Of a DNA stretch of 64,000 nucleotides, positions 27,114-36,593 are shown in pieces. The translations under genes and the position numbers were made by a program. Numbering within the stretch: position 1 is the first letter of the stretch; each line of letters starts with the position of its first letter. The notes beneath the pieces were generated by a model, which was not told the origin of the DNA, searched no databases, and saw nothing but the letters and a program-made list of their open reading frames with translations. The DNA is from Candidatus Lutacidiplasma silvani (GTDB lineage: Archaea > Thermoplasmatota > Thermoplasmata > Lutacidiplasmatales > UBA184), in contig JAKIVZ010000002.1 in the NCBI GenBank assembly GCA_022750295.1, positions 80,989-144,988 on the forward strand, given 5' to 3'.

Positions 27114-27999
27114 TGCACCGTCGGTCGCTCCGACGGTCGGGACGCTGCTGCCCCTCATCGGAAAGTCCGACACAAAGCCCACCTGGTGCCCGGGGTGCGG
27201 CGACTTCGGGGTCGTCGCGGCGGTCGAGATGGCCCTCAAGCGGCTGAAGATCCCGAGCCACCAGGTCGTGCTCGTTTCGGGGATCGGCTGCTCGTCGAAC
27301 CTCCCGCACTTCCTCTCGAGCTACGGGTTCCATTCGATCCACGGGCGATCGCTCCCGGTCGCGGAAGGGATCCGGTGGGCGAACCACACCCTCACCGTGA
27401 TCGCCACGGGCGGGGACGGCGATGGGTTCGGGATTGGCGCCGGCCATTTCATCCACACGATGCGGCGGAACGTCGACATGACGTACGTCACGATGGACAA
27501 CCAGATCTACGGACTGACGACCGGCCAGGCGTCGCCGACGTCGATGATGGGCCAGAAGACGAAGTCAACCCCGGCGGGGGTCATCGAGAACCCGATCGAC
27601 CCGATCAGCCTCGCCCTCGCGGCGGGCGCCACCTACATCGCGCGTGCCTTCTCCGGGGACGTCAAGCAGATGGCCGACCTTGTCGCCGGCGGCATCCAGC
27701 ACAAGGGGTTCGCCTTCATCGACGCGATGAGCCCGTGCGTCACCTACAACAAGATCAACACGTTCGACTGGTTCCGCCAGCGCGTCTACAAGCTCGAGAA
27801 CTCGGGCCACGACCCGACCGACATCGTGCAGGCGTGGCAGCGGTCGCTCGAGTGGGGCGACAAGGTCCCGACGGGATTGTTCTACAAGGCCGACAAGCCG
27901 ACGTACGAGGACCTCGAGGAGGTCCTCACCGCCGGCCCGCTCGCGAACCAGCCTGCGGGCCTCAAGGGCCGCGAGAGCCTGCTCGACGAGTTCATCTGA
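27094..27999 (+). CDS. korB: 2-oxoacid:ferredoxin oxidoreductase subunit beta (TPP-binding)
   Basis: WCPGCGDFG and GDG motifs (TGGDGDGFGIG) of the TPP-binding beta subunit. Confidence 0.85.
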   Translation: MDMAGTSAPSVAPTVGTLLPLIGKSDTKPTWCPGCGDFGVVAAVEMALKRLKIPSHQVVLVSGIGCSSNLPHFLSSYGFHSIHGRSLPVAEGIRWANHTLTVIATGGDGDGFGIGAGHFIHTMRRNVDMTYVTMDNQIYGLTTGQASPTSMMGQKTKSTPAGVIENPIDPISLALAAGATYIARAFSGDVKQMADLVAGGIQHKGFAFIDAMSPCVTYNKINTFDWFRQRVYKLENSGHDPTDIVQAWQRSLEWGDKVPTGLFYKADKPTYEDLEEVLTAGPLANQPAGLKGRESLLDEFI

Positions 28000-30055
28000 G
28001 TCCGCCCGACCCCGCCGTCGGGGCCAGGGTCCCCGGCGTGTACTCGAACACGTACGCGTCCCCCGCGTGTTCCACGAGCGCGAATTCGGACGGCTCGGCG
28101 AAGAGCGGGGCCGTCGAGTACGGGGTCCCGAGGACCGAGTTGCGGCCGGTCACGACGATGTACCCGACCCCGAGCGCGAGGAGGTCGGCGTGGCCGTTCG
28201 GTTCGAGGGTGCCGTTCGACAGCTCTCGGTTCAGGTCCCGGTACGTGAGGTTCGGGAAGTCGAACCCGAGGACCACCGGGTAGACGACCCGCACTTGCGG
28301 GGCGTACGCCGGGAGGAACTCCGCCGCGCTCCCCGGCGCCACGAGGACGCGGGCCCCCGCCGGTAACCCCGTGCCGGCCCAGGCGAGCATCGCGAAGTCC
28401 CCCGCGCTGACGTTCCCGAACGAGCGGTAGAGCGTACCGACCGTCCCCGGCATCTCGGTCGCCGTCACCGCCACGCCCGGGACGAAGAGGAGCAGGGCGA
28501 CCGCAATGGCCCACGTCGGCCCCCTGGGGCTCGATCCGGCCGGGAGCGACCACCGGGGTCGCCGGACGGAGTCCGGGATCGTCGGATCGGCGGCCTTCCA
28601 CTCCAGGAGGGCGACGACCGGAACGGCCGCGACCACGACGAAGGCGGTGAACAGCATCTCGGAAAGCTCGGCCCCGTTCGTGAGCGGCGCCAGCGCCGGG
28701 AACGGCCGGACGCCGAGCGAGGCGAGCCATTCGACCAGGAACAGGACCCCCGCGGACGCGATCGCCCCGAACGCCAGTCGACGGACCGGGCCGCGGTCGC
28801 CGGTCGAGTTCGCGAGCACCGCCAGCAGGAGGGCCCCCACGACGAGGAGGCCGGCCAGCTCGAGCCGGAGGACCGGGAACGGCGAGAGCCCCTGGTCGGT
28901 GGCGCCGAACAGCAACGGGTCGACGTACCCGACGATCTGGCTTCCCGTCAGCCCGACGGGCGCCAACGTCCCGACGCCCGGCGCGGAACCGGCAAACCCG
29001 ATGTGGTCTCTTCCCCGCGCCACCGCGGCGAGCGAGGGGGCGATCGGGATCGCGGCGGCTACGAGCGCCACGGCATACCGGGCCAGCCAGGCCCGGGCGT
29101 CGCCGAACCACCGGCCGGCGGCCGCCGCACCCGCGGCGAACGGGAGGGCAAGGAGCCACCAGCCGACCCCCACCGGGTTGAGCGCAGCGGCGTACCCCGC
29201 GAGGAGCCCGAACGCCACCACGTCCCCCCACGGGACGACGGTCGGCTCGACCCAGCTTCGCGAAAGGGCGATGACGAGGAGCGTGAGGGGGAACGCCGCG
29301 ACGAAATCGTAGCTTCCCGAGACCTGCAACCGGGTCCACGTCGCGAGGACCGCGAGGGCGACCGCGAGCACCGCTCCCCCGCGCGGTCCGCCCAACCACC
29401 GGTCGCCGAGTGCATACCCTCCGAGCGGCGCGAGGCCGAAGAACAGCGGCGTGACGAGCAGCGCGGTCCGCGCCGCGGGAAGGCCGAACAGGAGCTGGGC
29501 CGTCCCCATCCATACGGTCGCCCCCTGCGGGTAGGAGACCGACCCGGAGAGACCAAGCCCCGCGAGGTTCGTGGGAACCGAGTGGTGCGCGAGGAGGAGG
29601 GCTGTGTACGTCGCCAGCTGGCTCGCATCGTAGGTGTTCCCCGTCGGGATCCCGACCGCGATCGCGAGTTCGAGAGCTCCGAGGGCCGCGGCCGCGACCA
29701 GCGCGACGCCGGGGCCGATCCCCAGATAGCCTCGGACGGCGCGCACCACCGCGCGGCCGGACTCGGACCGGCCCAACCGGACCACCCGGAACAGCAGGTA
29801 GGCGAGCGCCAGGACGACAAGCGTGGGGAAGGTCGCCGCCGTGAACAACCCGAGCGGGAGCAACGCGACGGCGTACACGGTGCCGCCGCCGAGGTACAGG
29901 TCGAGGACCAGCCGTTCGATCGGGCCGAGCGATCGCCAGGCGGGCACCCACCGGACTACGAACGTCCGCAGCGCGCCCCCCAGGATCGCGGACGCCGCGG
30001 CGAACACCAGCAGCGCGAGCGCCCAGGCGCCGAGGCCGGGCCCGGGAAGGGTCAC
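27992..30055 (-). CDS. large polytopic membrane protein, putative GT-C-fold glycosyltransferase (687 aa, about 14 or more TM plus a C-terminal soluble domain)
   Basis: Highly hydrophobic multi-TM N-terminal two-thirds and a C-terminal non-membrane domain. No WWDYG motif, so AglB/STT3 identity is unsupported. Confidence 0.45.
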   Translation of the reverse strand: MTLPGPGLGAWALALLVFAAASAILGGALRTFVVRWVPAWRSLGPIERLVLDLYLGGGTVYAVALLPLGLFTAATFPTLVVLALAYLLFRVVRLGRSESGRAVVRAVRGYLGIGPGVALVAAAALGALELAIAVGIPTGNTYDASQLATYTALLLAHHSVPTNLAGLGLSGSVSYPQGATVWMGTAQLLFGLPAARTALLVTPLFFGLAPLGGYALGDRWLGGPRGGAVLAVALAVLATWTRLQVSGSYDFVAAFPLTLLVIALSRSWVEPTVVPWGDVVAFGLLAGYAAALNPVGVGWWLLALPFAAGAAAAGRWFGDARAWLARYAVALVAAAIPIAPSLAAVARGRDHIGFAGSAPGVGTLAPVGLTGSQIVGYVDPLLFGATDQGLSPFPVLRLELAGLLVVGALLLAVLANSTGDRGPVRRLAFGAIASAGVLFLVEWLASLGVRPFPALAPLTNGAELSEMLFTAFVVVAAVPVVALLEWKAADPTIPDSVRRPRWSLPAGSSPRGPTWAIAVALLLFVPGVAVTATEMPGTVGTLYRSFGNVSAGDFAMLAWAGTGLPAGARVLVAPGSAAEFLPAYAPQVRVVYPVVLGFDFPNLTYRDLNRELSNGTLEPNGHADLLALGVGYIVVTGRNSVLGTPYSTAPLFAEPSEFALVEHAGDAYVFEYTPGTLAPTAGSGGLR

Positions 30056-30147
30056 GACCGTCGATGGACGCAGGGGGGTCTTGAACCCGCCTTCCTATCC
30101 GTCAGCACCCTTTTCTCCCGGGGTCGCCCGACGGCACTGGGACGGAC

Positions 30148-31716
30148 GTGGCCGAGCCAGTGCGGTCGACCCGGGACGGCCTACACGCCGTCACGCACGG
30201 CACCGTCCTGATGCTGATCGGGACCCTGGTCTACGTCGGTGCGACGTTCCTCATCCGGGTCGTTCTGGTCAACACGCTCTCGTCGACCGATTGGAGTGCG
30301 TTCGCCTACGCGCTCGCCCTCACCGGCCTCTTGGCCTCGATCGGAACCCTCGGGCTCCCCCAGGCAATCGCGCGGAGCCTGCCGTTCGCCCCGAGCGACG
30401 ACCAGCGACGGACGATCGTCCGGAGCGCGTCGCGCGTCCTCGTCGGCTCCGCCCTCGCCTTCACCGCCGGGATGGCGGTCGCCGGATTCGTCGAGGGGGA
30501 GTTCTACCACGCCCCGGTCCTCTCGCTGACCCTGGAGGCGTTCAGCGTCGGCGTCGGCTGCCAGATCGTAGGCTCGCTCGTCGTTTCGGTGTTCCAGGGG
30601 TTCGAGGACGTCCGGCCGAACGTCGTCTACTCGCTCATCCTGAACCCGGTCCTCTTCCTGACCTTCGTCGTCTTCCTATTCCGGTTCGCCCCCCACCCGC
30701 TCCTGTTCCCGGAGACGCTCGGAGCGTACGTCGCGGCGAACCTCCTTGTCATCGCCGGGCTCGCGTGGTACACCCGGCGCCGACTCCCGAAGCGTCTCCC
30801 GGCCGGCGCCCGGGCGGCCGGTGAGGACCGGCGGCTGTTCCTCTTCGCGGTCCCGCTGTTCATCGTCAGCGTCGCCGGATTCGTCACGGGGAACGCCGAC
30901 CTCCTGCTCCTCGGCGTCTTCCACTACTCGGTCGTCGGGGGCTATTCGGCGACCCTGACCCTCGCCCGGCTCCTCCAGATCGGGACCGGGTCGGTCGCGT
31001 ACATCTTCCTCCCCGTCGCCGCCCGGTTCGTCCGACAGAAGGACCTCGACGGGGTCCGACTCACCTACGTCACCGCGACCAAGTGGGTCGTCCTCACCAG
31101 CCTCCCGCTCTTCCTCCTCTTCTTCTTCTTCCCGACGGGCGCCCTCGGATTCGTCTATCCGCAGAGCTACACCGGGGCGACGGTCCCGCTCCAGATCCTC
31201 GTCTCCGGGGCGCTCGTCTCGACCCTCGTCGGGCCGGCGGCCGCGACCCAGGTCTCGTTCGGCCAGACCCGGCTCCTCGTCTACAACGCCGCGGCGTCCG
31301 CGATCGTCGACGTCACGATCGCCCTCGTGCTGGTCCCGGCGTACGGCCCGACCGGCGCCGCGATCGCGTGGGCCGTGGCGAACGCGCTCAACCCGGTCCT
31401 CTCGATCGTCGAGCTCGCCGTCCTGGAAGGGGTCCACCCGTTCCAGCGGCACTACGTCGTGCCGCTCGTGCTGACGGGGGTGCCGGTCGGGCTCCTGTTC
31501 CTGTTCGTGCCGTTCGCGCTGACCGGGCTTCGACTACCGATCGTCGGGCTCGGGATCGCCGCCCTGTTCGTCCTGATCGTGATCCTGACCGGGAGCATCG
31601 ACCACGGGGACGACCTGGCCCTCGAGGTGGTCGAGGGGATGCTGGGCCGTCGGCTGACCCTCCTGCGCCGGATCGGGTCGTGGCGGATCCGTCGCGGCCC
31701 CGAGGCGGGCCGATGA
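30148..31716 (+). CDS. polysaccharide biosynthesis/oligosaccharide flippase (Wzx/MOP superfamily)
   Basis: 522 aa with about 14 TM and the architecture of polysaccharide-biosynthesis (Wzx-like) transporters. Confidence 0.65.
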   Translation: MAEPVRSTRDGLHAVTHGTVLMLIGTLVYVGATFLIRVVLVNTLSSTDWSAFAYALALTGLLASIGTLGLPQAIARSLPFAPSDDQRRTIVRSASRVLVGSALAFTAGMAVAGFVEGEFYHAPVLSLTLEAFSVGVGCQIVGSLVVSVFQGFEDVRPNVVYSLILNPVLFLTFVVFLFRFAPHPLLFPETLGAYVAANLLVIAGLAWYTRRRLPKRLPAGARAAGEDRRLFLFAVPLFIVSVAGFVTGNADLLLLGVFHYSVVGGYSATLTLARLLQIGTGSVAYIFLPVAARFVRQKDLDGVRLTYVTATKWVVLTSLPLFLLFFFFPTGALGFVYPQSYTGATVPLQILVSGALVSTLVGPAAATQVSFGQTRLLVYNAAASAIVDVTIALVLVPAYGPTGAAIAWAVANALNPVLSIVELAVLEGVHPFQRHYVVPLVLTGVPVGLLFLFVPFALTGLRLPIVGLGIAALFVLIVILTGSIDHGDDLALEVVEGMLGRRLTLLRRIGSWRIRRGPEAGR

Positions 31717-32043
31717 GCCGCCCCGCCGGGGCCGGACGCGGTCGATTCCGATGAGCGCCACGCCCGCGACCAGCAGGAAGACGACGTCGATCGCGAGCGA
31801 ATCGGCCAGCGCGCTCGCCCCGGTCCCGCTCGCCACCGCGGCCAGCAGGAGGACGACGAGAGCCCCGTACAGCGGGAGGCGGGGGTTCGCGCGGGTCCAC
31901 GCCGAGTATCCGACGTAGGTCACGAGGATGACCAGGAGGACCTCCTGGAGCGGGACCGTCACCGCCCCCACCAGCCGGTCCGGACGGATAGCGGCCCGGT
32001 CGGGGAAGAAACCGGATGCGACGAGGGAACGGCCCGACCTCAA
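31534..32043 (-). CDS. questionable ORF: two-TM N-terminus then a Gly/Asp-rich tail that overlaps the flippase 3' end
   Basis: Hydrophobic segments are present but no promoter or domain support was found; it may be partly spurious. Confidence 0.2.
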   Translation of the reverse strand: MRSGRSLVASGFFPDRAAIRPDRLVGAVTVPLQEVLLVILVTYVGYSAWTRANPRLPLYGALVVLLLAAVASGTGASALADSLAIDVVFLLVAGVALIGIDRVRPRRGGSSARLGAATDPPRPDPAQEGQPTAQHPLDHLEGQVVPVVDAPGQDHDQDEQGGDPEPDDR

Positions 32044-32097
32044 CCTTTACATAGAGCGCCCGGCCACTTCCAGACGGGTCCCGCTCGGGACCAGAGC

Positions 32098-32676
32098 GTG
32101 GACGTGGCCAAACTACCTACTCGGGCGTCGGTCGTTCCGCTGGCGTTCGGTGTCGCGATTCTTTCCGTCATTCTCGCCGCCGCCCTCGGTCCGGCGACCG
32201 GGACCGTCCAGGCCGCGTCGAGCTGCCAGTACGGGACGTGCACGAACAACGGCCCCGGCCTCCTCACCTACGGGGTCGGCGTCCTCCTCGCGATCATCAT
32301 CCTCCTCATCGCCGCGGCCGTGATCTACCAGCGGCGCCGCGGTGGCGGCGGGAGCGGCGGAACCCCCCCCGCCTCCGGTAGCGACGGCGTGGCGGCCTGG
32401 AGCGGACCGACCGGCGGCGCGCAGACCCCGCCGGGCGCCGAGACCCCCTCCTACATCGAGGGTCCGGGCGACGTGGCGGCCGGCGCGGCGGCCGGCGCCG
32501 CCGCCGGAGCGGCCGTCGGGGCCGGCGCCGCGGCGGAAGCCGAGCCCGCGGACATCGACTCCCTGATGGGGGAGCTCGACCGGATCAGCGGCGAGATCCT
32601 CAAGCGGGGCCCCGGAAAGAAGGGCGCGGGCGCCCCGGGCGAAGGGGACGCCGACGTCTCCCCGCCCGACGCGTAA
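32098..32676 (+). CDS. small membrane protein: signal peptide, short Cys-containing ectodomain (ASSCQYGTCTNNGPG), one TM, then a Gly/Ala-rich cytoplasmic tail
   Basis: GTG start. A TATA-like TTTACATA lies at 32046-32053, about 45 nt upstream. Confidence 0.4.
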   Translation: MDVAKLPTRASVVPLAFGVAILSVILAAALGPATGTVQAASSCQYGTCTNNGPGLLTYGVGVLLAIIILLIAAAVIYQRRRGGGGSGGTPPASGSDGVAAWSGPTGGAQTPPGAETPSYIEGPGDVAAGAAAGAAAGAAVGAGAAAEAEPADIDSLMGELDRISGEILKRGPGKKGAGAPGEGDADVSPPDA

Positions 32677-32683
32677 CCGCCAC

Positions 32684-32986
32684 GTGCGCTCGCCGTTATA
32701 CGCCCCGAGTCCCTCAATTCGTTGGATGACCGACGCGTCCCGGACCCTCCCGAGCGAGGAGACGCTCCTCGCCCAGTTGCACGAGGAGATCGCCCGCTCC
32801 TCCGCCCCGATCCGGGAGATCGAGGCCGGGATTTCCCTCTCCATCGCCCTCGGCCGCCGGCGCCCGGCGGTCGCCTGCGGCGGCTGCCAGACCCCCCTCG
32901 AATTCGAGGGGATTCCCGCCCGGACCAACGCGGCCCTCCGGGTCCCGTACCGGCTGGTCCTGGCGGCGCCGACGTCCCCCGGTTAG
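32684..32986 (+). CDS. possible small protein (100 aa) with a CGGC motif
   Basis: ORF only; overlaps an Arg-rich alternate-frame ORF. Low support. Confidence 0.2.
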   Translation: MRSPLYAPSPSIRWMTDASRTLPSEETLLAQLHEEIARSSAPIREIEAGISLSIALGRRRPAVACGGCQTPLEFEGIPARTNAALRVPYRLVLAAPTSPG

Positions 32987-33010
32987 GCGTCGCGCGAGGC
33001 TTCGGGTCGA

Positions 33011-33697
33011 ATGCTCTCGCTGCCGATCGTCGAGACGCTCGTCGGGGTCCTCACAGCTGTCCTCACCGCGGGCGGACTCGCCGCGCTGTTCGGCCTCATG
33101 GTCGTCGAGAGCCTCGGCATCCCGCCATTGCCGAGCGAGGTGATCCTCCCATTCGCCGGATACCTCGTCTTCTCCGGCGTCTACCCGTTCTGGGCGGCGT
33201 TCGTGGCCGCCCTGGCCGGGAGCCTCGTCGGGGCGTTCTCGGCGTACGCGATCGGGCGGTACGGGCGGGGCTGGCTGGAGCGGTCCGGGACCGGGGGGTT
33301 CCGGCTCAACGCGCAGCACTTGCGCGCGATGGACGCGTGGTTTGCCCGGCATGGGGAACCGGCGGTCGGGTTCGCCCGGCTTCTCCCGATCGTCCGGGCG
33401 TACATCTCGTTCCCCGCCGGGACCGCTCGGATGGACCCGCGGAAGTTCGGCCTCTACACCGCGCTCGGAGGGGCCCCCTTCACGGCGGCGCTCCTCTACG
33501 TCGGGGTCCTGCTCGGCCGGAATTGGGCGTCGTTCGAGGCGACGTTCCGATTCTTCGACATCGTCGCCGTCGTGGTCCTGGTCGGGGCGGTGGCGTACCT
33601 CGCGCTCCGGTGGCGGGGGGTCGTGACTCCCGGGTTTCCGCCGCGGCTCACTCGGAGTACCGGATCGCCTCGGCCGGCGGAAGACGGGCCGCGCTGA
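33011..33697 (+). CDS. DedA/SNARE-associated (VTT domain) membrane protein
   Basis: LGIPPLPSEVILPFAGYL and GRYGRGWLER motifs are typical of the DedA family. Confidence 0.75.
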   Translation: MLSLPIVETLVGVLTAVLTAGGLAALFGLMVVESLGIPPLPSEVILPFAGYLVFSGVYPFWAAFVAALAGSLVGAFSAYAIGRYGRGWLERSGTGGFRLNAQHLRAMDAWFARHGEPAVGFARLLPIVRAYISFPAGTARMDPRKFGLYTALGGAPFTAALLYVGVLLGRNWASFEATFRFFDIVAVVVLVGAVAYLALRWRGVVTPGFPPRLTRSTGSPRPAEDGPR

Positions 33698-36578
33698 GCG
33701 ACGGCCCGAGGATCGCGAGGACCGTCAGCCCGTAGCTGACGAGGACCACGATCAAGATGTTCTCCCACGGGACCGCGAACTGCAGCAGGGCGACCGCCCC
33801 CTGGCTCGCGTCCCAGTCGAGGAGGATCCCGAGCCCCGTCCCGATCAGGATCCCGAGGATCGTGACGAACGAGTACTCGAGCAGGAACGCGCGCAACACC
33901 ATCCCCTGCGTGAACCCGGTGGCCCGGATCATCCCGATCTCGGCCCGCCGCTCCACGACCGCGCGCATCGCGAGGATCCCCATCGCCGCGATCCCGACCC
34001 CGAGGCCGAGCGCGACGAACACTTCGAGGAGGTCGAGGATCGCGAGCGTCGTCTGGAGCGACGCGGCGACCGCCTGCTGGAAGTCGATCACGATGAGCCC
34101 GTAGGCGTAGAACGCCGCCTTCAGGTGCTGGAGCACGAGGGTGTCCGACGTCCCGGCCGTCGTGCGGAAGAAGAAGGCGCTCGTCCCGTGGATCCCGAGC
34201 GCCGACTCGGTCGCCGGGTTCAGGAACACGCCGGGCACGAAGCTCTCGCCGAGGACGCCGATGACCGTGACGTTGCGCGTGGTCCCCGAGTCCGGGTTCC
34301 CGAGGGTGAAGCGGGTCCCGACGGGCGCGCTCGGGTGGCTGCCGCCTCCCGAGAGGCTGATCGTGCTCGCGGGGGCGTACTGATTCGACACGACCACGTC
34401 GTCCGGGTCCGAGGCGAGCGCGGACCAGACCTCGGCCGGGGTCGAGCCGTTCGCGGTGGCGGAGAAGTTGAAGTCGGCCGTCCCGGCGAGCGTTTCGTTC
34501 GAGGGAAGTCCCGCCGGGGAGGCGAACGCCGAATCGACGTAGGTCCCGGCGAACCCGGGGACCACCTCCGAGAGGAAACCGGCCGCGAGGGGCACGGTGG
34601 TCAGGATCTCGCCGCGGAGGGTCGAGTTGTTGGCGACCTGGCCGGGGAGGTTCGGCACCGGGGTCTGCGAGTAGGCGATCAGGGGGTAGCCGCCGGACTC
34701 CGCCTGAACCGAATTGTTGACCCCGACCGTGACCGACTGGCCGATCGATGCGATGCCGACGATCGTGAACAGGACGAGGGCGAAGATCGCGAGGTTGATG
34801 GCCGTGCGACCCGGCCGGCGACTCGGATAGGAGAGGGCGATGCGCGCGACCGGGACGGTCCTCGGACTTCGCCGGACCAGCGCGGCGACGCCGTTCACCA
34901 CGAGGTCGGAGTTGAAGGTGTAGAGCATCACGGCCCCCGTGACCATGAGGATCCCGTCGACGAAGAACACCGTGATCGTCCCCGAGTGGTGCGCGCCGAT
35001 GAGGTCCCGGCGGATCGGGATGTAGCCGGCCCACAGGAGGAGGGCCGCGCCCGCGACCGTGAAGACCGGACGGTTGCGGAGGAAGCGGCTCGCGATGAGG
35101 GCGACCCCGAGGATCATCAGCGCTCCGGCGAGGGTCGGGACGGAAACGTCGCCGGAGCCCGCGTAGGTCCGGTCGTAGATCAGCGCCCCGAGCACGAGGA
35201 CGAGCGCGCCGACGTACGCGAGGTAGGTGTACCAGTGTCGGGCCGGCGGCGGCTCCGGGATCGACCGGATCGCCCGGACGATGTTGAGGCGGCTCACGCT
35301 GTACGAGGCGATGGTCACCGTCACGAGCGTCAGCAGAAAGCCGGCGACGTAGGCGATCAACAAGCTGGACGGTTTGACCGTGAACGCCTGCAGGATCGCG
35401 AGCGCCGCGGCGCTTCCGCCACCCTCGATCGAGACGAACGCCTCGATCAGACCGAAGCCGACGAGGAGGCCCAGCAGCGTCCCGGCGAGCGCGCTGCCGA
35501 GTGCGTACAGCACCCCCTCGAAGTAGTAGGTGTAGACGAGCTGACCCCGGGGGAGCCCGATGGCTCTCAGCATCCCCATCTCGCCCTTCCGCTCCTCCGC
35601 GATCATCACGAAAATCCCGACGATCAGCATCGCGCCGGCGACGATCGAGAACAGCCCGAGGACGAGGAAGAGGTCCGTGAGCGAGCTGCCCGACTGGGCC
35701 GCCACGAGCAGGTTGTCGTGGAGTTGGTTGTCGACGACCACGGGAAGGGGCGAGTCGAGTCCGGCGATCGTGCTGTTGATCCGGACGCTCACGTTCGGCG
35801 AATTCGCGGCGCCCGTCGCGGAGGTGCCGACGTCGGTCACGGCAAGGAAGTTGACCTCGCCCGAAACGTTCTCCGCCTGCTGGGCCGCGGCGAGCGTGAC
35901 GTACGCGTTGCTCCCGCCATAGAACCCGCCCCGGCTCGAGTCCGAGACGATCGCTTGGACCGTCAGGTTGAGCGGCGCCACGCCGACCAGCGTGATGTGG
36001 TCGCCGACCGAGGCGTTCAGGTCCCCCGCGGCGACGTCGTCGAGGAGGACCATCCCCGGGTCGGGACCGACGACCGTCGCGCCCCCGTCGGTGTGGAACG
36101 TCCCGAGCGCGCCGCTCGAGTTGGGGTCCGCACCGATCAGGCCGAGCCCCGGCTGAGGTAAACCCGTCGTATGGTCGAAGACGCTGGCCCCGGCGATGAT
36201 CATCGGGCTGACCGAAGCGACCCCGCTCACCCCTAAGATCGCGTGGGTCAGCGTCGTCGACTCGTTCGTCGGCAGGAAGGCGTAGCTCGACGTCGTGACC
36301 GACTCGTTGTAGATCCCCTGGTCGACCCCGTGATACGCGACGTACGTGCCCTGCACCGCGACGGCGTTGACCGTGTCGCCCACCACGAGGCTCGCCGAGA
36401 TGATCGTCGTACCGACCAAGAGCCCGAGGAGCACCAGGATCGTGCGACGACCGCCGCGGCGCACATTCCGCGCGGCGATCCGGAAGCTGAGCCGGAATCG
36501 GAGGGCGAGGGCGAGCGTGATGAAGAGGACGATGACGAGGAGCAGCAGAGGGAGGAAGACGCCCGAGCCGGCGGCCAT
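33648..36578 (-). CDS. ABC transporter permease, MacB/FtsX family with two fused FtsX modules (976 aa)
   Basis: Two repeats of TM helices each followed by a large extracytoplasmic domain and four TM helices. Located immediately upstream of a MacB-type ATPase. Confidence 0.75.
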   Translation of the reverse strand: MAAGSGVFLPLLLLVIVLFITLALALRFRLSFRIAARNVRRGGRRTILVLLGLLVGTTIISASLVVGDTVNAVAVQGTYVAYHGVDQGIYNESVTTSSYAFLPTNESTTLTHAILGVSGVASVSPMIIAGASVFDHTTGLPQPGLGLIGADPNSSGALGTFHTDGGATVVGPDPGMVLLDDVAAGDLNASVGDHITLVGVAPLNLTVQAIVSDSSRGGFYGGSNAYVTLAAAQQAENVSGEVNFLAVTDVGTSATGAANSPNVSVRINSTIAGLDSPLPVVVDNQLHDNLLVAAQSGSSLTDLFLVLGLFSIVAGAMLIVGIFVMIAEERKGEMGMLRAIGLPRGQLVYTYYFEGVLYALGSALAGTLLGLLVGFGLIEAFVSIEGGGSAAALAILQAFTVKPSSLLIAYVAGFLLTLVTVTIASYSVSRLNIVRAIRSIPEPPPARHWYTYLAYVGALVLVLGALIYDRTYAGSGDVSVPTLAGALMILGVALIASRFLRNRPVFTVAGAALLLWAGYIPIRRDLIGAHHSGTITVFFVDGILMVTGAVMLYTFNSDLVVNGVAALVRRSPRTVPVARIALSYPSRRPGRTAINLAIFALVLFTIVGIASIGQSVTVGVNNSVQAESGGYPLIAYSQTPVPNLPGQVANNSTLRGEILTTVPLAAGFLSEVVPGFAGTYVDSAFASPAGLPSNETLAGTADFNFSATANGSTPAEVWSALASDPDDVVVSNQYAPASTISLSGGGSHPSAPVGTRFTLGNPDSGTTRNVTVIGVLGESFVPGVFLNPATESALGIHGTSAFFFRTTAGTSDTLVLQHLKAAFYAYGLIVIDFQQAVAASLQTTLAILDLLEVFVALGLGVGIAAMGILAMRAVVERRAEIGMIRATGFTQGMVLRAFLLEYSFVTILGILIGTGLGILLDWDASQGAVALLQFAVPWENILIVVLVSYGLTVLAILGPSLSAARLPPAEAIRYSE

Positions 36579-36593
36579 CGCGAGTCCTCCTCC

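Noticed and set aside
27882-29951. 689-aa minus-strand ORF in an alternate frame of the GT-C gene
   Set aside because: The 27992-30055 frame gives coherent TM helices. This frame gives Arg/Gly/Pro-rich sequence.
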